Source of the DNA: an uncultured Pseudosulfitobacter sp.
GTDB taxonomy: Bacteria; Pseudomonadota; Alphaproteobacteria; Rhodobacterales; Rhodobacteraceae
Direction of reading: 5' to 3'
Length of the DNA stretch: 64,000 nucleotides
Assembly (NCBI GenBank): GCA_965656435.1
Contig: CBFHKQ010000004.1
Location: 8,500-72,499 of the forward strand
Shown here: positions 1-13,129 of the stretch, piece after piece
Layout: the number at the start of each line of letters is the position of its first letter
How positions within the stretch are numbered: the first letter of the stretch is position 1
Notes under the pieces: model-generated
Seen by the model: the letters and a program-made list of their open reading frames with translations, nothing else
Databases searched by the model: none
What the model was told of the DNA's origin: nothing
Program-made: the position numbers and the translations under genes

Positions 1-1
1 C

Positions 2-112
2 AACGCAGATCAGATGACCCAAGCGATCAACGACAGCCTTGCTGCACAAGTTCATTCGCGCCCGGAACAATGGTTTTGGATCCACCGACGCTGGCGCGTC
101 AACGACGTTTAA
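2..112 (+). CDS. C-terminal fragment of a lipid A lauroyl/lysophospholipid acyltransferase (LpxL/HtrB family), cut by the window edge
   Basis: Manual translation from position 2 gives NADQMTQAINDSLAAQVHSRPEQWFWIHRRWRVNDV*; PEQW-W-HRRW is the characteristic LpxL/HtrB C-terminus. Confidence 0.8.
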   Translation, partial: NADQMTQAINDSLAAQVHSRPEQWFWIHRRWRVNDV

Positions 113-840
113 CGCAAGCGTGCCGCTGCGCGGATCGGGCCATGCGCACCCTCTTGGATCAGGACAACAACCGGCTGCGCGGCGTCGCTTAGCGCCGCAC
201 GCATGTTCAAGGGCGCACGCCCGTTCCAGGTGCCTAGGCTCTGCCAGCTCTCAACCACATGGGCATATTGAAACGTATTGCCTGCGTTTTCACCTCGGGT
301 GATTTCCGCCTCGCGCAGCGGAGTGTATTGCACCAAATACACGCTGAGCGGCGCGGCCAGATCAACGCCCAGCCCCGCGCGTGCTTCAATCATAATCGCA
401 TCTGCCGCTGGCACCCGCGCGATCTGCATCTCGATCAGCGCCGGGCTGGCGGCATGGGCCGCGATCGCCTTGGCCAGCTGCATCGGCTTGGCACCCAACA
501 AATCCGAGGTGCCGTTCACAATCATCTGCGGTGTGTAGATGCTGCGCCGTGCGGCCACCGTGGCATAGCCACGCTGCCGCTCGGCATGTGCGGGATCGGC
601 AAAGCTGTCCTGCCAACCGATGTAATCCCAATAATCCACATGCAACGCCAAGGCGATGACATCCTCGCGTCCTGCCAGCTCATGCAGGATTTCATCCGCA
701 GGCGGACAGCTGGAACAACCCTGCGCGGTGAACAACTCCACCACCACTGGCGACTGGGCCCGCGACTCGGACGCAATCCCGATCCAAAGCGCCAGTGCAC
801 ACAAGGCCACTGTGACATAAGCAACCAAAGCGCGCGGCAT
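109..840 (-). CDS. DUF1223 thioredoxin-like secreted protein
   Basis: Signal-peptide-like N-terminus, then VVELFTAQGCSSCPPAD, HVDYWDYIGW and YTPQMIVNG motifs; start trimmed to MPRALV. Confidence 0.85.
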   Translation of the reverse strand: MPRALVAYVTVALCALALWIGIASESRAQSPVVVELFTAQGCSSCPPADEILHELAGREDVIALALHVDYWDYIGWQDSFADPAHAERQRGYATVAARRSIYTPQMIVNGTSDLLGAKPMQLAKAIAAHAASPALIEMQIARVPAADAIMIEARAGLGVDLAAPLSVYLVQYTPLREAEITRGENAGNTFQYAHVVESWQSLGTWNGRAPLNMRAALSDAAQPVVVLIQEGAHGPIRAAARLR

Positions 841-1053
841 ATCAGTCCAAGACGGGGGCGTGTTCATCAAACTCTCATTTCTGGCGGCATTCATCGGACG
901 CCTCTTGCTATACCCGTGACACGGGCCGCGCCAATCAAGCTTTGTTGAACCGATGTAAGATTCGCACAAGGGCGCCTTAGGCGCGCCGCCACCCCGGTCC
1001 CCTGCGCCCAAATACCGTGCAAATTTCCGCGCCCATTCGCAGAAATACCCCCT

Positions 1054-1083
1054 TTGACCCCACTCGGTACACCGTGGTATACA
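1054..1083 (+). promoter_or_regulatory. Putative sigma70 promoter of acnA
   Basis: TTGACC (1054-1059), 18-nt spacer, TATACA (1078-1083) preceded by TG, about 120 nt upstream of the acnA ATG. Confidence 0.4.
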
Positions 1084-1204
1084 AAATCGTCGCACTTCGT
1101 GCTTTATCAGTTGAACCACCGCCAAATCCAAGGCATCTGACACCCATCTTCCTTGGCACCCGCACTCCGCCCGTGCCGCAGCGCCTCTCATTTAAGGAGC
1201 CACC

Positions 1205-3892
<2,688 letters not shown>

Positions 3893-3921
3893 GCACAGCC
3901 CGTAGGCCTATGAGACAAATC

Positions 3922-3952
3922 AAAGCCCCGGCACATGCGCCGGGGCTTTTTT
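3922..3952 (+). terminator. Rho-independent terminator after acnA, possibly bidirectional
   Basis: AAAGCCCCGGC-loop-GCCGGGGCTTT followed by a T tract. Confidence 0.85.
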
Positions 3953-4002
3953 CATGTCAAAATGCTTTGAAAACAGGCAAATGCCTTGCACCACGGCACA
4001 GA

Positions 4003-4542
4003 TCAGTCGGCGGTCGCCGCCTCAAAGGCCGGGACAAAGCGCTGCTCATAGTCCGAGCCGACAAGCGGGCCGGCAAAGCGGAACAACACCGTACCCTCTG
4101 CGTCGACAATGAATGTCTCCGGCGGCGCTGTAACACCCCAGTCAATCGCGGTGCGCCCCTGCGGATCAAAGGCCACGCCCGAGAACGGGTTGCCATCTGC
4201 GCGCAAGTACGCCGCAGCGGTGCCGCCTTGATCTTTGAAGTTGACACCGACGATGTTCACCCCGTCCGCCTGCATGTCCAAGAGCTTTGGATGCTCGGCC
4301 CGGCACGGTGGGCACCAGCTGGCCCAAAAATTCACCAGCGTTACCTCGCCCTGCCCCAGCGCGTCTGGGGGCACAGGATCAAAACCTTCAAGCGCCACTG
4401 GTGTGATCGCAGGTGCGGGCGCGCCCACAAGCGTGGAAGGCAACCCTTCGGGGTCTTCGCGGTACATACCTACCGCTGCCAACGCCACGAAGCCTGCAAA
4501 AATCAACGGCGGCGCCACCATCATGGCGGAGACCTTAGCCAT
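4003..4542 (-). CDS. ccmG: Thiol:disulfide interchange protein CcmG/DsbE
   Basis: N-terminal anchor, NFWASWCPPC, GVTAPPETF; end of the ccm operon. Confidence 0.93.
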   Translation of the reverse strand: MAKVSAMMVAPPLIFAGFVALAAVGMYREDPEGLPSTLVGAPAPAITPVALEGFDPVPPDALGQGEVTLVNFWASWCPPCRAEHPKLLDMQADGVNIVGVNFKDQGGTAAAYLRADGNPFSGVAFDPQGRTAIDWGVTAPPETFIVDAEGTVLFRFAGPLVGSDYEQRFVPAFEAATAD

Positions 4543-4702
4543 CGGCCGCGTCTCCCTTATGCGCTTGCTCCGCTTCGGCCAAGCGGCGGCGTGCCCGCGC
4601 GCCGTGCAGCAGGCTTTGCCCGACCAACGCGGCCAGCAGGACCCCGGTCGCGCCATAGGCCGACAACACTGCAACGGCATATTTGCCCAAATCCACCATC
4701 AT
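4535..4702 (-). CDS. ccmD: Heme exporter protein CcmD (55 aa, absent from the ORF track)
   Basis: Manual translation MMVDLGKYAVAVLSAYGATGVLLAALVGQSLLHGARARRRLAEAEQAHKGDAADG*; ATGA overlap with the ccmC stop, overlaps the ccmG start. Confidence 0.9.
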   Translation of the reverse strand: MMVDLGKYAVAVLSAYGATGVLLAALVGQSLLHGARARRRLAEAEQAHKGDAADG

Positions 4703-5427
4703 GACTTCGCCCCCCGCATCTGCAACGCCCGTGCGCGGCGCAGACTGATCTCGCTGCCTGTGCGGTACAAAACCAGCGCCAGAAACAGCAGCACAAATCC
4801 CGCAATGGAAAACAAAAGCGGGTGATAGAACACATCCGCCACGTTTTTTTCTTTATCAAGCGAGAGCGACGCACCTTGGTGCAGACCTTGGTTCCAGAAA
4901 TTCACCGCGTAGCGCGATAAAACCGCAAAGACGGAGCCCACGAGGCACAAAACAGAAGTAAGATCCGCGGCCGTGTCCGGATCCTCAATCGCCGCCCAAA
5001 GCGCCATGTAGCCCAAATAGAACAAAAACAGGATCAAAAAGGAGGTCAGGCGCGGATCCCAGGCCCACCATGTCCCCCACATCGGCTGGCCCCATACCGC
5101 GCCTGTCACCAGCGCGATCAGCGTCATCACCACCCCCACAGGCGCCGCGGCCTTTGCGGCCAGCGCGCTGACGTGGTGCCGTCGGATCAACCAAATAAGC
5201 GAGGCCACCAGCATCATGAACCACGCGTTGATTGCCATCAGGGCAGACGGGACGTGGATATAGATGATCTTGACCGTGGAGCCTTGGCGGAAATCATCGG
5301 GCGTAAAGAAAAACCCCCAGATCAGCCCCACCGCAAGACACAGCGTGGCCAGCGCCCACAGCGCAGGCAACACCCGCGTGCTGAGGCGCATAAACTTGAC
5401 CGGATTTGCGTATTCCCACAAAGACAT
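4699..5427 (-). CDS. ccmC: Heme exporter/chaperone CcmC
   Basis: IYIHVP, WGQPMWGTWWAWDPRLT (WWD motif), second His in LHQ. Confidence 0.97.
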   Translation of the reverse strand: MSLWEYANPVKFMRLSTRVLPALWALATLCLAVGLIWGFFFTPDDFRQGSTVKIIYIHVPSALMAINAWFMMLVASLIWLIRRHHVSALAAKAAAPVGVVMTLIALVTGAVWGQPMWGTWWAWDPRLTSFLILFLFYLGYMALWAAIEDPDTAADLTSVLCLVGSVFAVLSRYAVNFWNQGLHQGASLSLDKEKNVADVFYHPLLFSIAGFVLLFLALVLYRTGSEISLRRARALQMRGAKS

Positions 5428-5468
5428 GCTGTTTACCTAATCCTTGAATGTATGTCGCTCAACGTTAA

Positions 5469-6125
5469 TCAACGCAAATTGATGCGCAAGACTGCCGCAC
5501 TTGCAAAAGGCATCAAGGCGGCGACCCCCGCCGTGATACCCGCCAGCATTAGCATCGGCGTGGTATAATCGAGGCCTTGCGCCGCCCGCCGCGCGGCCTC
5601 AGCGCCGAAAATTAGGGTCGGCACATAAAGCGGCAGCACCAAAAGCGACATCAACAGACCGCCCCGCTTGAGGCCCACAGTCAGCGCAGCCCCAAAGGTG
5701 CCGATGATCGACAGCGCAGGCGTGCCAAGGGCCAACGATACCACCAACCCCACGAAGCCTGCCGCCGGCAGGTTCAAGAGCACGGCCAATACAGGCGCTG
5801 CCACCACCAGCGGCAGGCCCGTGGTGATCCAATGGGCAAGGGCTTTGACGCTGACCACTGCCTCCAATGGCAGAGGGGCTGTGGCCATGATGTCCAATGT
5901 CCCGTCCTCCCAATCGAGCGCCAGAATACGGTCAAGCGACAGCAAACACGCCAGAAGCGCCCCCAGCCACAGCACGCCCGCCGCAATATCCGCCAGCAGC
6001 GCAGGCTGCGGTCCGACGCTGAAGGGGAACAGCACCACAACGATCAGGAAAAACGCAAGGCCAAGGCCAAAGCCGCCCCCCGCCCGCAGTGCCAGTGCCA
6101 AATCTCGCCACAACAACGCGCTCAT
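5469..6125 (-). CDS. ccmB: Heme exporter permease CcmB
   Basis: Six-TM protein with DWEDGTLD and LLVLPLYVP motifs, between ccmA and ccmC. Confidence 0.95.
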   Translation of the reverse strand: MSALLWRDLALALRAGGGFGLGLAFFLIVVVLFPFSVGPQPALLADIAAGVLWLGALLACLLSLDRILALDWEDGTLDIMATAPLPLEAVVSVKALAHWITTGLPLVVAAPVLAVLLNLPAAGFVGLVVSLALGTPALSIIGTFGAALTVGLKRGGLLMSLLVLPLYVPTLIFGAEAARRAAQGLDYTTPMLMLAGITAGVAALMPFASAAVLRINLR

Positions 6126-6748
6126 AGAAAGGCCGCATCGCTATGGCCGAGGCCCGCGTCTTGGGGGGCGGCGAATTCGGACACATCCAGAACCGCCGCA
6201 GACAGGCCGAGGTCAATATGCGTGGCCATGAGTGCGGCGCCACCGGCGGCCAAATGCGCCTCAACCACGCGCGCAAACAGCGCCACAGATGCCGCATCCA
6301 GCGAAACCGTCGGCTCGTCCAGCACCCAAAGCGGCCGCCCGCTGACCCGCAGGCGCGCAAGGCCCAAGCGCCGCTTTTGCCCTGCCGACAGCGTACCGGC
6401 CAAGCGCGCGCTCAGCGCGGCGAGGTCGAATTCCACAAGCGCGTCCTCTACCCCGTCTTGATCAAAGACAGCCGCCCAGAAGCGCAGATTTTCGCGCACA
6501 CTCAGCATCGCCTTGATGCCATCGGCGTGACCCGCGTAAGCGGTCCGGTCCTCTGCACCATTGATCGTACCCGCAAGGGGCGGTTGCAGCCCTGCCACGG
6601 TGCGCAAAAGCGTCGTTTTGCCAGACCCATTGGGCCCGCGCAGGACCAGCGCGCTGCCTGCGGCGACGTCAAATGATACCCCCGCCAGCAAAGGCACCCC
6701 GCCGCGCGCCACACAAAGGTCGCGAACAGTGAGAATGGGCGTGCTCAC
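6122..6748 (-). CDS. ccmA: Heme ABC exporter ATPase CcmA
   Basis: GPNGSGKT Walker [15 protein letters not shown]. Confidence 0.95.
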   Translation of the reverse strand: MSTPILTVRDLCVARGGVPLLAGVSFDVAAGSALVLRGPNGSGKTTLLRTVAGLQPPLAGTINGAEDRTAYAGHADGIKAMLSVRENLRFWAAVFDQDGVEDALVEFDLAALSARLAGTLSAGQKRRLGLARLRVSGRPLWVLDEPTVSLDAASVALFARVVEAHLAAGGAALMATHIDLGLSAAVLDVSEFAAPQDAGLGHSDAAFL

Positions 6749-7098
6749 ACCGGCAACATGGCCAAGGCGATGCGGCGACCCTCGCTCAGCAGCACGTTAT
6801 AGGTCCGCGCCGCCGCAGGCGATGCCATCGCCTCTACGCCGACGCCTGCGTCCTCCAGCTGGCTGCGCATACCTGTGGGCAGGTGCGCAATCTCGGCACC
6901 TGTGCCAACAAAAATCACATCTGCCTCACCCGCCACTGCCAGCAGCGCCGCGACATCCTCCATACCGCCCCAGGTGAATGTGCCAGAAGGCGCAGTGATC
7001 ACCGCACCCTCGATCACCTCGCCGCCGATGCGAAAAAATCCGGGGCCGTAGCCCTCAACAGGTTTGGCATCATTGAAGACAACTTCGTTCAAGCGCAT
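6745..7098 (-). CDS. Mth938-like (DUF498) protein
   Basis: [30 protein letters not shown]; start trimmed to MRLNEV. Confidence 0.9.
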   Translation of the reverse strand: MRLNEVVFNDAKPVEGYGPGFFRIGGEVIEGAVITAPSGTFTWGGMEDVAALLAVAGEADVIFVGTGAEIAHLPTGMRSQLEDAGVGVEAMASPAAARTYNVLLSEGRRIALAMLPV

Positions 7099-7102
7099 CG
7101 CG

Positions 7103-7855
7103 TCACTCCCAGATTGGCAGACCCGTGACCACCGCAAGGGCCACAATCGTATATGCGGCGGCGCGGTAGCTGCCTTCCCGCGTGGGATTAAACAGCGCTT
7201 TGCCCACCGTGATGGCTGCAAGATAGGGCACCGCGATCATCAGGCCAACCCAGACCATACGCATCGTCCCAAGCCCACCAATCAGGATGTTGGCGATCAA
7301 GATCACGTCGAGCGCTGCGAGAAACAGGATCATATTCGCACGCACCGCCACCGCTTTGCGCGCATTGGCGAGGTAGAACATAATGGCCACAGGCCCCGTC
7401 AGCGCGGTCAACCCGCCCACAACACCAGCGCCTGCGCCCACTGCCGAGAGCCCCGCCTTGCCCAGCCGCGCGCGGTATTGCCAACCCGACATCACGGCGC
7501 CCAGCGTCACCGCCGCCACCCCCGTGACAACCCAGCGCACCACAAGCGGGTCCACAAGCGTCAGCAGAAACACACCCAGCGGCGCGCCTAGAATGGCGGC
7601 CAATGCCAGCACTCCGACCTCGCCTCGGTCCGCATCCCCCCACGCGTCAGGGATCAAGATAAGGTTCGATAGAACACCGCTTACAGCAATCATCAGGATA
7701 ATCTCGGCAGGCCCGAGGAAGATCCCCGCCACCGGCACCACGATCAGCGCCGTGCCAAAGCCCGTAAATCCGCGTACCACACCGGCCAGCAGATAGGTCA
7801 GCCCGATCCACACAAGCCCCGGCGTCGCGAGGGCAGCGACCAGCGCCTCAGGCAT
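7103..7855 (-). CDS. TauE/SafE family membrane transporter
   Basis: Highly hydrophobic; AGVVRGFTGFG motif with an internal repeat (GVVGGLTALTGP). Confidence 0.85.
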   Translation of the reverse strand: MPEALVAALATPGLVWIGLTYLLAGVVRGFTGFGTALIVVPVAGIFLGPAEIILMIAVSGVLSNLILIPDAWGDADRGEVGVLALAAILGAPLGVFLLTLVDPLVVRWVVTGVAAVTLGAVMSGWQYRARLGKAGLSAVGAGAGVVGGLTALTGPVAIMFYLANARKAVAVRANMILFLAALDVILIANILIGGLGTMRMVWVGLMIAVPYLAAITVGKALFNPTREGSYRAAAYTIVALAVVTGLPIWE

Positions 7856-8819
7856 CTATGTTGGCAAATTGCGTCCCGCCTGGGCCTTGGTCGGGCTTCG
7901 ACCAGTCACGCTTGACCCCCAGATACAACAGGATCGCCGAGGCCACGAAGACCGAGCTGTAGGTCCCTACGATCACACCCCAGATCATCGCAAAGACAAA
8001 GCCACGGATCACGTCCCCGCCCAACACATAAAGTGAGATCAGCGCCAGCAGCGTCGTTACCGAGGTCATCACGGTGCGCGACAGTGTCTCATTGATGGAG
8101 ATGTTGAGCACTTCGGCCAGCGGCTTTTTCTTGAACTTGCGCAGGTTTTCCCGCACCCGGTCAAAAACCACCACGGTGTCGTTGAGTGAATAGCCAACAA
8201 TCGTCAAAAGAGCCGCGATAATCGCCAGATCAAAGCGGATCTGAAGCTCTGAAAAGACGCCAATCGTCAGGACCACATCGTGTACAAGGGCCGCCACCGC
8301 GCCCAAGGCGAACTGCCACTCAAAGCGCAGCCAGATGTAGACCAACACGGCGCCGATGGCCAAAACGACAGCAATGGCGGCAGTCTGGATTAACTCGCCC
8401 GACACCTTCGGACCGACCGATTCGACAGAGACGAATTTGATATCCGGCACGCTGGCGCGCATCGCCTCTTCAACCGCGCGGATCGTCTCGGGCGTCACCG
8501 CTTCCTGGCCGTCTTGCGCCTGAATGCGGATCATCGACACGTTTTGATCGGCATCAAACGTGGGGTCGAACACTTCGGTGATGGAGATATCGCCGAGGCC
8601 AAGCGGCTCAATCGCGCCACGGTAAAGGCCAATGTCCACAGGCTGCGTGCTTTCGGTGCGGATGGTCGTCCCGCCCCGGAAATCGATGCCAAAGTTGAGG
8701 CCCTGCAACATGAACGAGCCAAAGGCCACCAGCATCAGGAGGGCCGAAATGCCCAGCCACAGCTTCCAACGGCTGAAGAAATCAAAGGCGGTGTTTTCGC
8801 GAACCAGTTTCAACCGCAT
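7848..8819 (-). CDS. secF: Protein translocase subunit SecF
   Basis: GIDFRGGT, VGPKVS, LVHDV, GYSLNDTVVVFDRVRE, GTYSSVFVA. Confidence 0.97.
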   Translation of the reverse strand: MRLKLVRENTAFDFFSRWKLWLGISALLMLVAFGSFMLQGLNFGIDFRGGTTIRTESTQPVDIGLYRGAIEPLGLGDISITEVFDPTFDADQNVSMIRIQAQDGQEAVTPETIRAVEEAMRASVPDIKFVSVESVGPKVSGELIQTAAIAVVLAIGAVLVYIWLRFEWQFALGAVAALVHDVVLTIGVFSELQIRFDLAIIAALLTIVGYSLNDTVVVFDRVRENLRKFKKKPLAEVLNISINETLSRTVMTSVTTLLALISLYVLGGDVIRGFVFAMIWGVIVGTYSSVFVASAILLYLGVKRDWSKPDQGPGGTQFANIDA

Positions 8820-8820
8820 A

Positions 8821-10482
8821 TCAGACCTCAATCGTTTTGGGGCGGCGGCGTTCAAACCACATGACCACCATCAGGCGCGTGACGAAAATTGCCGTAAAGA
8901 CCGAGGTCAGGATGCCCAAGCCCAGCGTGATAGCAAAGCCGCGCACCGGGCCCGAGCCCATGGCAAACAGAATAACCGCCGTGATGAACGTGGTGATGTT
9001 GGCATCCAAAATAGCACTCAGCGCCTTTTCATAGCCCAGCTCAATCGCACGGGCCGGGCCACGCGCGCTTTTCAGCTCTTCGCGGATCCGCTCAAACACC
9101 AGCACATTGGCGTCCACTGCCATGCCCACGGTCAGCACGATCCCCGCAATCCCCGGCAGGGTCAGCGTGGCCCCCACAAGGCTCAGCAGGCCAAAAATCA
9201 GGCCGATGTTGATCACCAGCGCAATGTTGGCAAATACCCCAAAGAGGCCGTAGCTAAGGAACATAAACACAAGGATCGCGGCAAAAGCGACGCCAGTTGC
9301 GACCTTGCCCGCATCAATGCTGTCTTGGCCCAACTCTGGCCCGATGGTGCGCTCCTCCAGGAAAGTCAGCTGCGCTGGCAGCGCGCCTGCGCGCAAAAGC
9401 ACGGCCAGATTGGTCGTCTCCTCCACGGTAAAGCGGCCCGTGATGATGCCAGAACCGCCGGGAATATGGCTTTGGATGGTTGGTGCGCTCACAACTTCGC
9501 TATCCAGGACAATGGCAAAGGGGTTGCCGATGTTTTCGGCCGTATAATCGCCAAAGCGGCGCGCAGCGGTGGTGTTAAAGCGGAAATTGACCGCAGGGTT
9601 GCCGTTTTGGTCAAAGGCGGGCTGCGCATCCACAAGGTCTTCGCCGTTCACCGTCGCGGCGGCCTCGATGACGTAAAACACGCCCTCTTCGTCAAGCGAC
9701 GGCACAAGGCGGTTGCCTGCGCCTGCCGGCATATTGCCGTCGGTGGTGCGCGTCACAACCGGATTGAACGTCAGCTGCGCAGTGGTGCCGATGATGGCCT
9801 TCAACTCGGCGGCCGAGCCGATGCCCGGCACTTGGATCAGGATACGATCAGCGCCTTGGCGCTGGATCGTCGGCTCGCGCGTGCCGACCTCATCGATGCG
9901 GCGGCGCACAATCTCAAGCGATTGTTGCATGGTCCGCTCGTCCGTGGCCGCACGCTCCTCAGGGCTAAGGGTGACGGTGATGATGTCCCCCTCGCCCGTG
10001 GCCACAATATCGGTCGCCAACGCTCCTGTTAGCGTTTGCACAGGCTGTGCCGTGCCGCGGATCACCTCCAGCGCGCGGTCCATGCCCGCAGGCTCGCCGA
10101 TGCGAATGCGCAGCTGATCGTCTGGGCCTTGTTGCAGGCGAATGGTGCCGATCGTTGCACGTTCCGGTCGTAGCGCGTCGCGCAGTTCCGGCCAGGCCGC
10201 GCGCATCCGTGTGGCATAGACATCCGACACTTGGACCTCGGCCAGCAAATGCGCACCGCCCCGCAGGTCCAGTCCTAGATTAACCAATCCCGACGGCAAA
10301 AAGCCCGGCCATTGCGCCGCGCGCGCCGCATTCTCAGGCGTCTCAGCGCCCAATTCGATTGCGGCGGCAGCGTCATTGGCCTGCTCGACCCGGGTGTAAA
10401 ACCCGTTAGGCAGCGCCAAAAGCAACCCCACGGCCACGGTTGTCCAGATGAGCAACCGCCGGAAAAGATCAATCTTGAGCAT
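8821..10482 (-). CDS. secD: Protein translocase subunit SecD
   Basis: LGLDLRGG, RRIDEVGTREP, GMAVDANVLVFERIREE, DANITT. Confidence 0.97.
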   Translation of the reverse strand: MLKIDLFRRLLIWTTVAVGLLLALPNGFYTRVEQANDAAAAIELGAETPENAARAAQWPGFLPSGLVNLGLDLRGGAHLLAEVQVSDVYATRMRAAWPELRDALRPERATIGTIRLQQGPDDQLRIRIGEPAGMDRALEVIRGTAQPVQTLTGALATDIVATGEGDIITVTLSPEERAATDERTMQQSLEIVRRRIDEVGTREPTIQRQGADRILIQVPGIGSAAELKAIIGTTAQLTFNPVVTRTTDGNMPAGAGNRLVPSLDEEGVFYVIEAAATVNGEDLVDAQPAFDQNGNPAVNFRFNTTAARRFGDYTAENIGNPFAIVLDSEVVSAPTIQSHIPGGSGIITGRFTVEETTNLAVLLRAGALPAQLTFLEERTIGPELGQDSIDAGKVATGVAFAAILVFMFLSYGLFGVFANIALVINIGLIFGLLSLVGATLTLPGIAGIVLTVGMAVDANVLVFERIREELKSARGPARAIELGYEKALSAILDANITTFITAVILFAMGSGPVRGFAITLGLGILTSVFTAIFVTRLMVVMWFERRRPKTIEV

Positions 10483-10761
10483 TTATTTGGCAGGCTCGGA
10501 CTTGGACACGACCTGTGCGATGGTGCTTTGAACCACGCGGACTTTGACACCTTCGGCCAATTCCACTTCGATCTCGTTGTCTTCTTTGACCTTAACGACC
10601 TTGCCGATCAATCCGCCTTGGGTGATGACCTGATCGCCGCGGCGCAGAGCTTCGACCATGGCGGCGTGCTCTTTGACCTTCTTTTGCTGCGGGCGGATCA
10701 GCAGAAAATACATGATCCCAAAGATCAGAATAAGAGGAACGAACTGGCCAATGGCTTCCAT
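10483..10761 (-). CDS. yajC: Preprotein translocase subunit YajC
   Basis: YFLLIRPQQK, GDQVITQGGLIG; directly upstream of secD. Confidence 0.95.
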   Translation of the reverse strand: MEAIGQFVPLILIFGIMYFLLIRPQQKKVKEHAAMVEALRRGDQVITQGGLIGKVVKVKEDNEIEVELAEGVKVRVVQSTIAQVVSKSEPAK

Positions 10762-11080
10762 GCGATTTGTCCTTTGTATCACACCTTAGGGTGTGTTTTC
10801 TTTCATAGCGCACACCGCGCAGGGTGTATGTTCCGTGCCCCCTCGCGGGGTGCTTGTCATGCAAGGTGCAGCGTCCCGGCACATGCCACGCGCTGCCCGT
10901 CCAGATCACGAAGCGCATATGCCGCGCGCCCCTACGCCTCAGGCAGGTGCCCGAGCCTCACAATGTCCGCCAGAACCTATGAGCGCCAACCGGTGGGCGC
11001 AAGATGCAAAGCCCCAAACACACCCCCTTTTCCTGCGCCGCGCAATCGGGCATATCCGGCACAACCACAGGAGCACCCCC

Positions 11081-12373
11081 ATGCACGACATTCGCACCCT
11101 TCGTGACAACCCCCAGGCCTTTGACGCCGCGCTGGCGCGGCGCGGGGATGCGCCTGAGGCCGAAAAACTTCTTGCCCTCGATGAGGCGCGCCGCGCCAAG
11201 ATCCTCGCCGCAGAGACTGCGCAGGCCGAGCAGAACAAAGCCTCTAAAGAAGTGGGCGCAGCCAAGGGGCGCGGCGATGAGACCGAATTTGCCCGCCTGC
11301 GCGCGCTCGTGGCCGAGAAAAAGGCCGAGATCGCGGCGATGCAAGAGGATGCAAAGCGGCTCGATGCCGAGTTGACAGACGCCCTGTCACGCATCCCGAA
11401 CCTGCCAGCGGACGATGTGCCCATGGGTGCGGATGAGGCCGACAACGTGGAGATGACCCGCTGGGGCACGCCGCGCAGCTTTGATTTTACGCCCAAAGAA
11501 CACTTTGACATCGCAGCCGTCATGCCCGGCATGGACTTTGAAACCGCAGCCAAAATCTCTGGCAGCCGCTTTGTCCTGCTCAAAGGCGCTGTGGCCCGCG
11601 TGCACCGCGCCTTGGCGCAGTTCATGGTCGACACCCATGTGGTTGAAAACGGCCTGCAAGAGGTCAATTCGCCCGTTTTGGTCAACTCAGAGGCCATGTA
11701 CGGGACGGATAAGCTGCCGAAATTCGGCGAAGACAGCTATGAAACAACAGGCGGCCAATGGCTCGTTCCCACCTCAGAGGTGCCACTGACCTATATGGCG
11801 GCAGGTGCCGTGATGGAAGAGGCCGCCCTGCCGCAACGCTATACCGCGCACACGCTTTGCTTCCGGTCTGAGGCGGGCAGCGCGGGGCGCGACACCGCCG
11901 GAATGCTGCGCCAGCACCAGTTTGAAAAGGTCGAAATGGTCAGCGTCACGCATCCCGATCATTCCGATGCGGAGCAAAAGCGGATGCTACGCTGTGCCGA
12001 GGCGCTGTTGGAGGCGTTGCAAATCCCCTATCGCACGGTTCTGCTCTGCACCGGCGACATGGGCTTTGGCGCGCGCCGCACCTATGACATTGAGGCGTGG
12101 TTGCCGGGCCAAGACGCCTACCGCGAGATCAGCTCGGTCTCGACCACGGGCGATTTTCAGGCCCGCCGCATGAACGCGCGGTTCAAGCCTGCGGGCGGCG
12201 GTAAACCACAGTTTGTGCACACGCTGAATGGGTCTGGCTTGGCCGTGGGCCGGTGCTTGATCGCGGTGCTGGAAAACGGCCAGCAGGCGGATGGCTCGGT
12301 CACGCTGCCCGCGGTGCTTGCGCCGTATCTGGGCGGCAAAACAACGCTGACCCCCGATGGCGCACTGTCCTAA
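11081..12373 (+). CDS. serS: Serine--tRNA ligase
   Basis: MHDIR start with AGGAG RBS; [38 protein letters not shown]. Confidence 0.98.
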   Translation: MHDIRTLRDNPQAFDAALARRGDAPEAEKLLALDEARRAKILAAETAQAEQNKASKEVGAAKGRGDETEFARLRALVAEKKAEIAAMQEDAKRLDAELTDALSRIPNLPADDVPMGADEADNVEMTRWGTPRSFDFTPKEHFDIAAVMPGMDFETAAKISGSRFVLLKGAVARVHRALAQFMVDTHVVENGLQEVNSPVLVNSEAMYGTDKLPKFGEDSYETTGGQWLVPTSEVPLTYMAAGAVMEEAALPQRYTAHTLCFRSEAGSAGRDTAGMLRQHQFEKVEMVSVTHPDHSDAEQKRMLRCAEALLEALQIPYRTVLLCTGDMGFGARRTYDIEAWLPGQDAYREISSVSTTGDFQARRMNARFKPAGGGKPQFVHTLNGSGLAVGRCLIAVLENGQQADGSVTLPAVLAPYLGGKTTLTPDGALS

Positions 12374-12424
12374 GGAGGCAATCCCTGCCCTACTGTTCAT
12401 ACTTGCCAAAGGATCTAGACCGCC

Positions 12425-13114
12425 ATGCCCCTTGCCCCGTTGATCCTGATCCTGAGCATCGCCTTTGCCCTCTCACCGCTGTTGGTGGCGGATTTCGACG
12501 GCTTTGATGCGGACCAGTTTCCGGTGCCGCAGATCGACCCGCCGGTGCAGCCCGAGGGCTATGCCTTTGCGATTTGGGGCGTAATTTACCTGTGGTTGAT
12601 CGCCAGTGCTATGATCGGCCTGCGCCGGCCCGACTGGGCCCCCATGCGGCCGGCACTGGCGGTTTCTCTGGCCGTGGGCAGCGGATGGCTCGCGGTTGCG
12701 GTCAGCAGCCCGGTTTGGGCCTCAGTCCTGATCTGGATTATGCTCGGCACCGCGTTGCTCGCCCTGTTCCGAATGCCGCCCCGCGATGGGGTCTGGGGCA
12801 CGTGGCCTTTGGGCCTTTATGCGGGCTGGCTGAGTGCCGCCTCTTGCGTGTCGCTGGGCTTGCTCACGGCTGGCTATGGCATCTTAAGCGGGGATGTGGC
12901 GGCCTATGTTTTCGTGATTGTGGCAAGCGTGCTGGCGTTTTGGGTCCAGCGCCGGATAGCCTATGTGCCGACTTACGGCGTCGCGGTGGCTTGGGCGCTC
13001 TTTGCCGTAGCGGTTCAAAATGGGCTCAATACGCCAATCGCTTTCGTGGCCTATGCGGGCATCGCAGGCGTGGCCTATGCTGCGCGCCACAGCCTGACGC
13101 GCCCTGCAACATAA
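12425..13114 (+). CDS. Tryptophan-rich (TspO-like) membrane protein
   Basis: Multi-TM and Trp-rich, with PEGYAFAIWGVIY and LYAGWLSAA motifs. Confidence 0.65.
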   Translation: MPLAPLILILSIAFALSPLLVADFDGFDADQFPVPQIDPPVQPEGYAFAIWGVIYLWLIASAMIGLRRPDWAPMRPALAVSLAVGSGWLAVAVSSPVWASVLIWIMLGTALLALFRMPPRDGVWGTWPLGLYAGWLSAASCVSLGLLTAGYGILSGDVAAYVFVIVASVLAFWVQRRIAYVPTYGVAVAWALFAVAVQNGLNTPIAFVAYAGIAGVAYAARHSLTRPAT

Positions 13115-13129
13115 TCCCTAACCGCGCCC

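Noticed and set aside
10793-11080. Apparent N-terminal extension of SerS
   Set aside because: The conserved MHDIR start with an AGGAG RBS is at 11081; the upstream frame is non-conserved-looking intergenic sequence.
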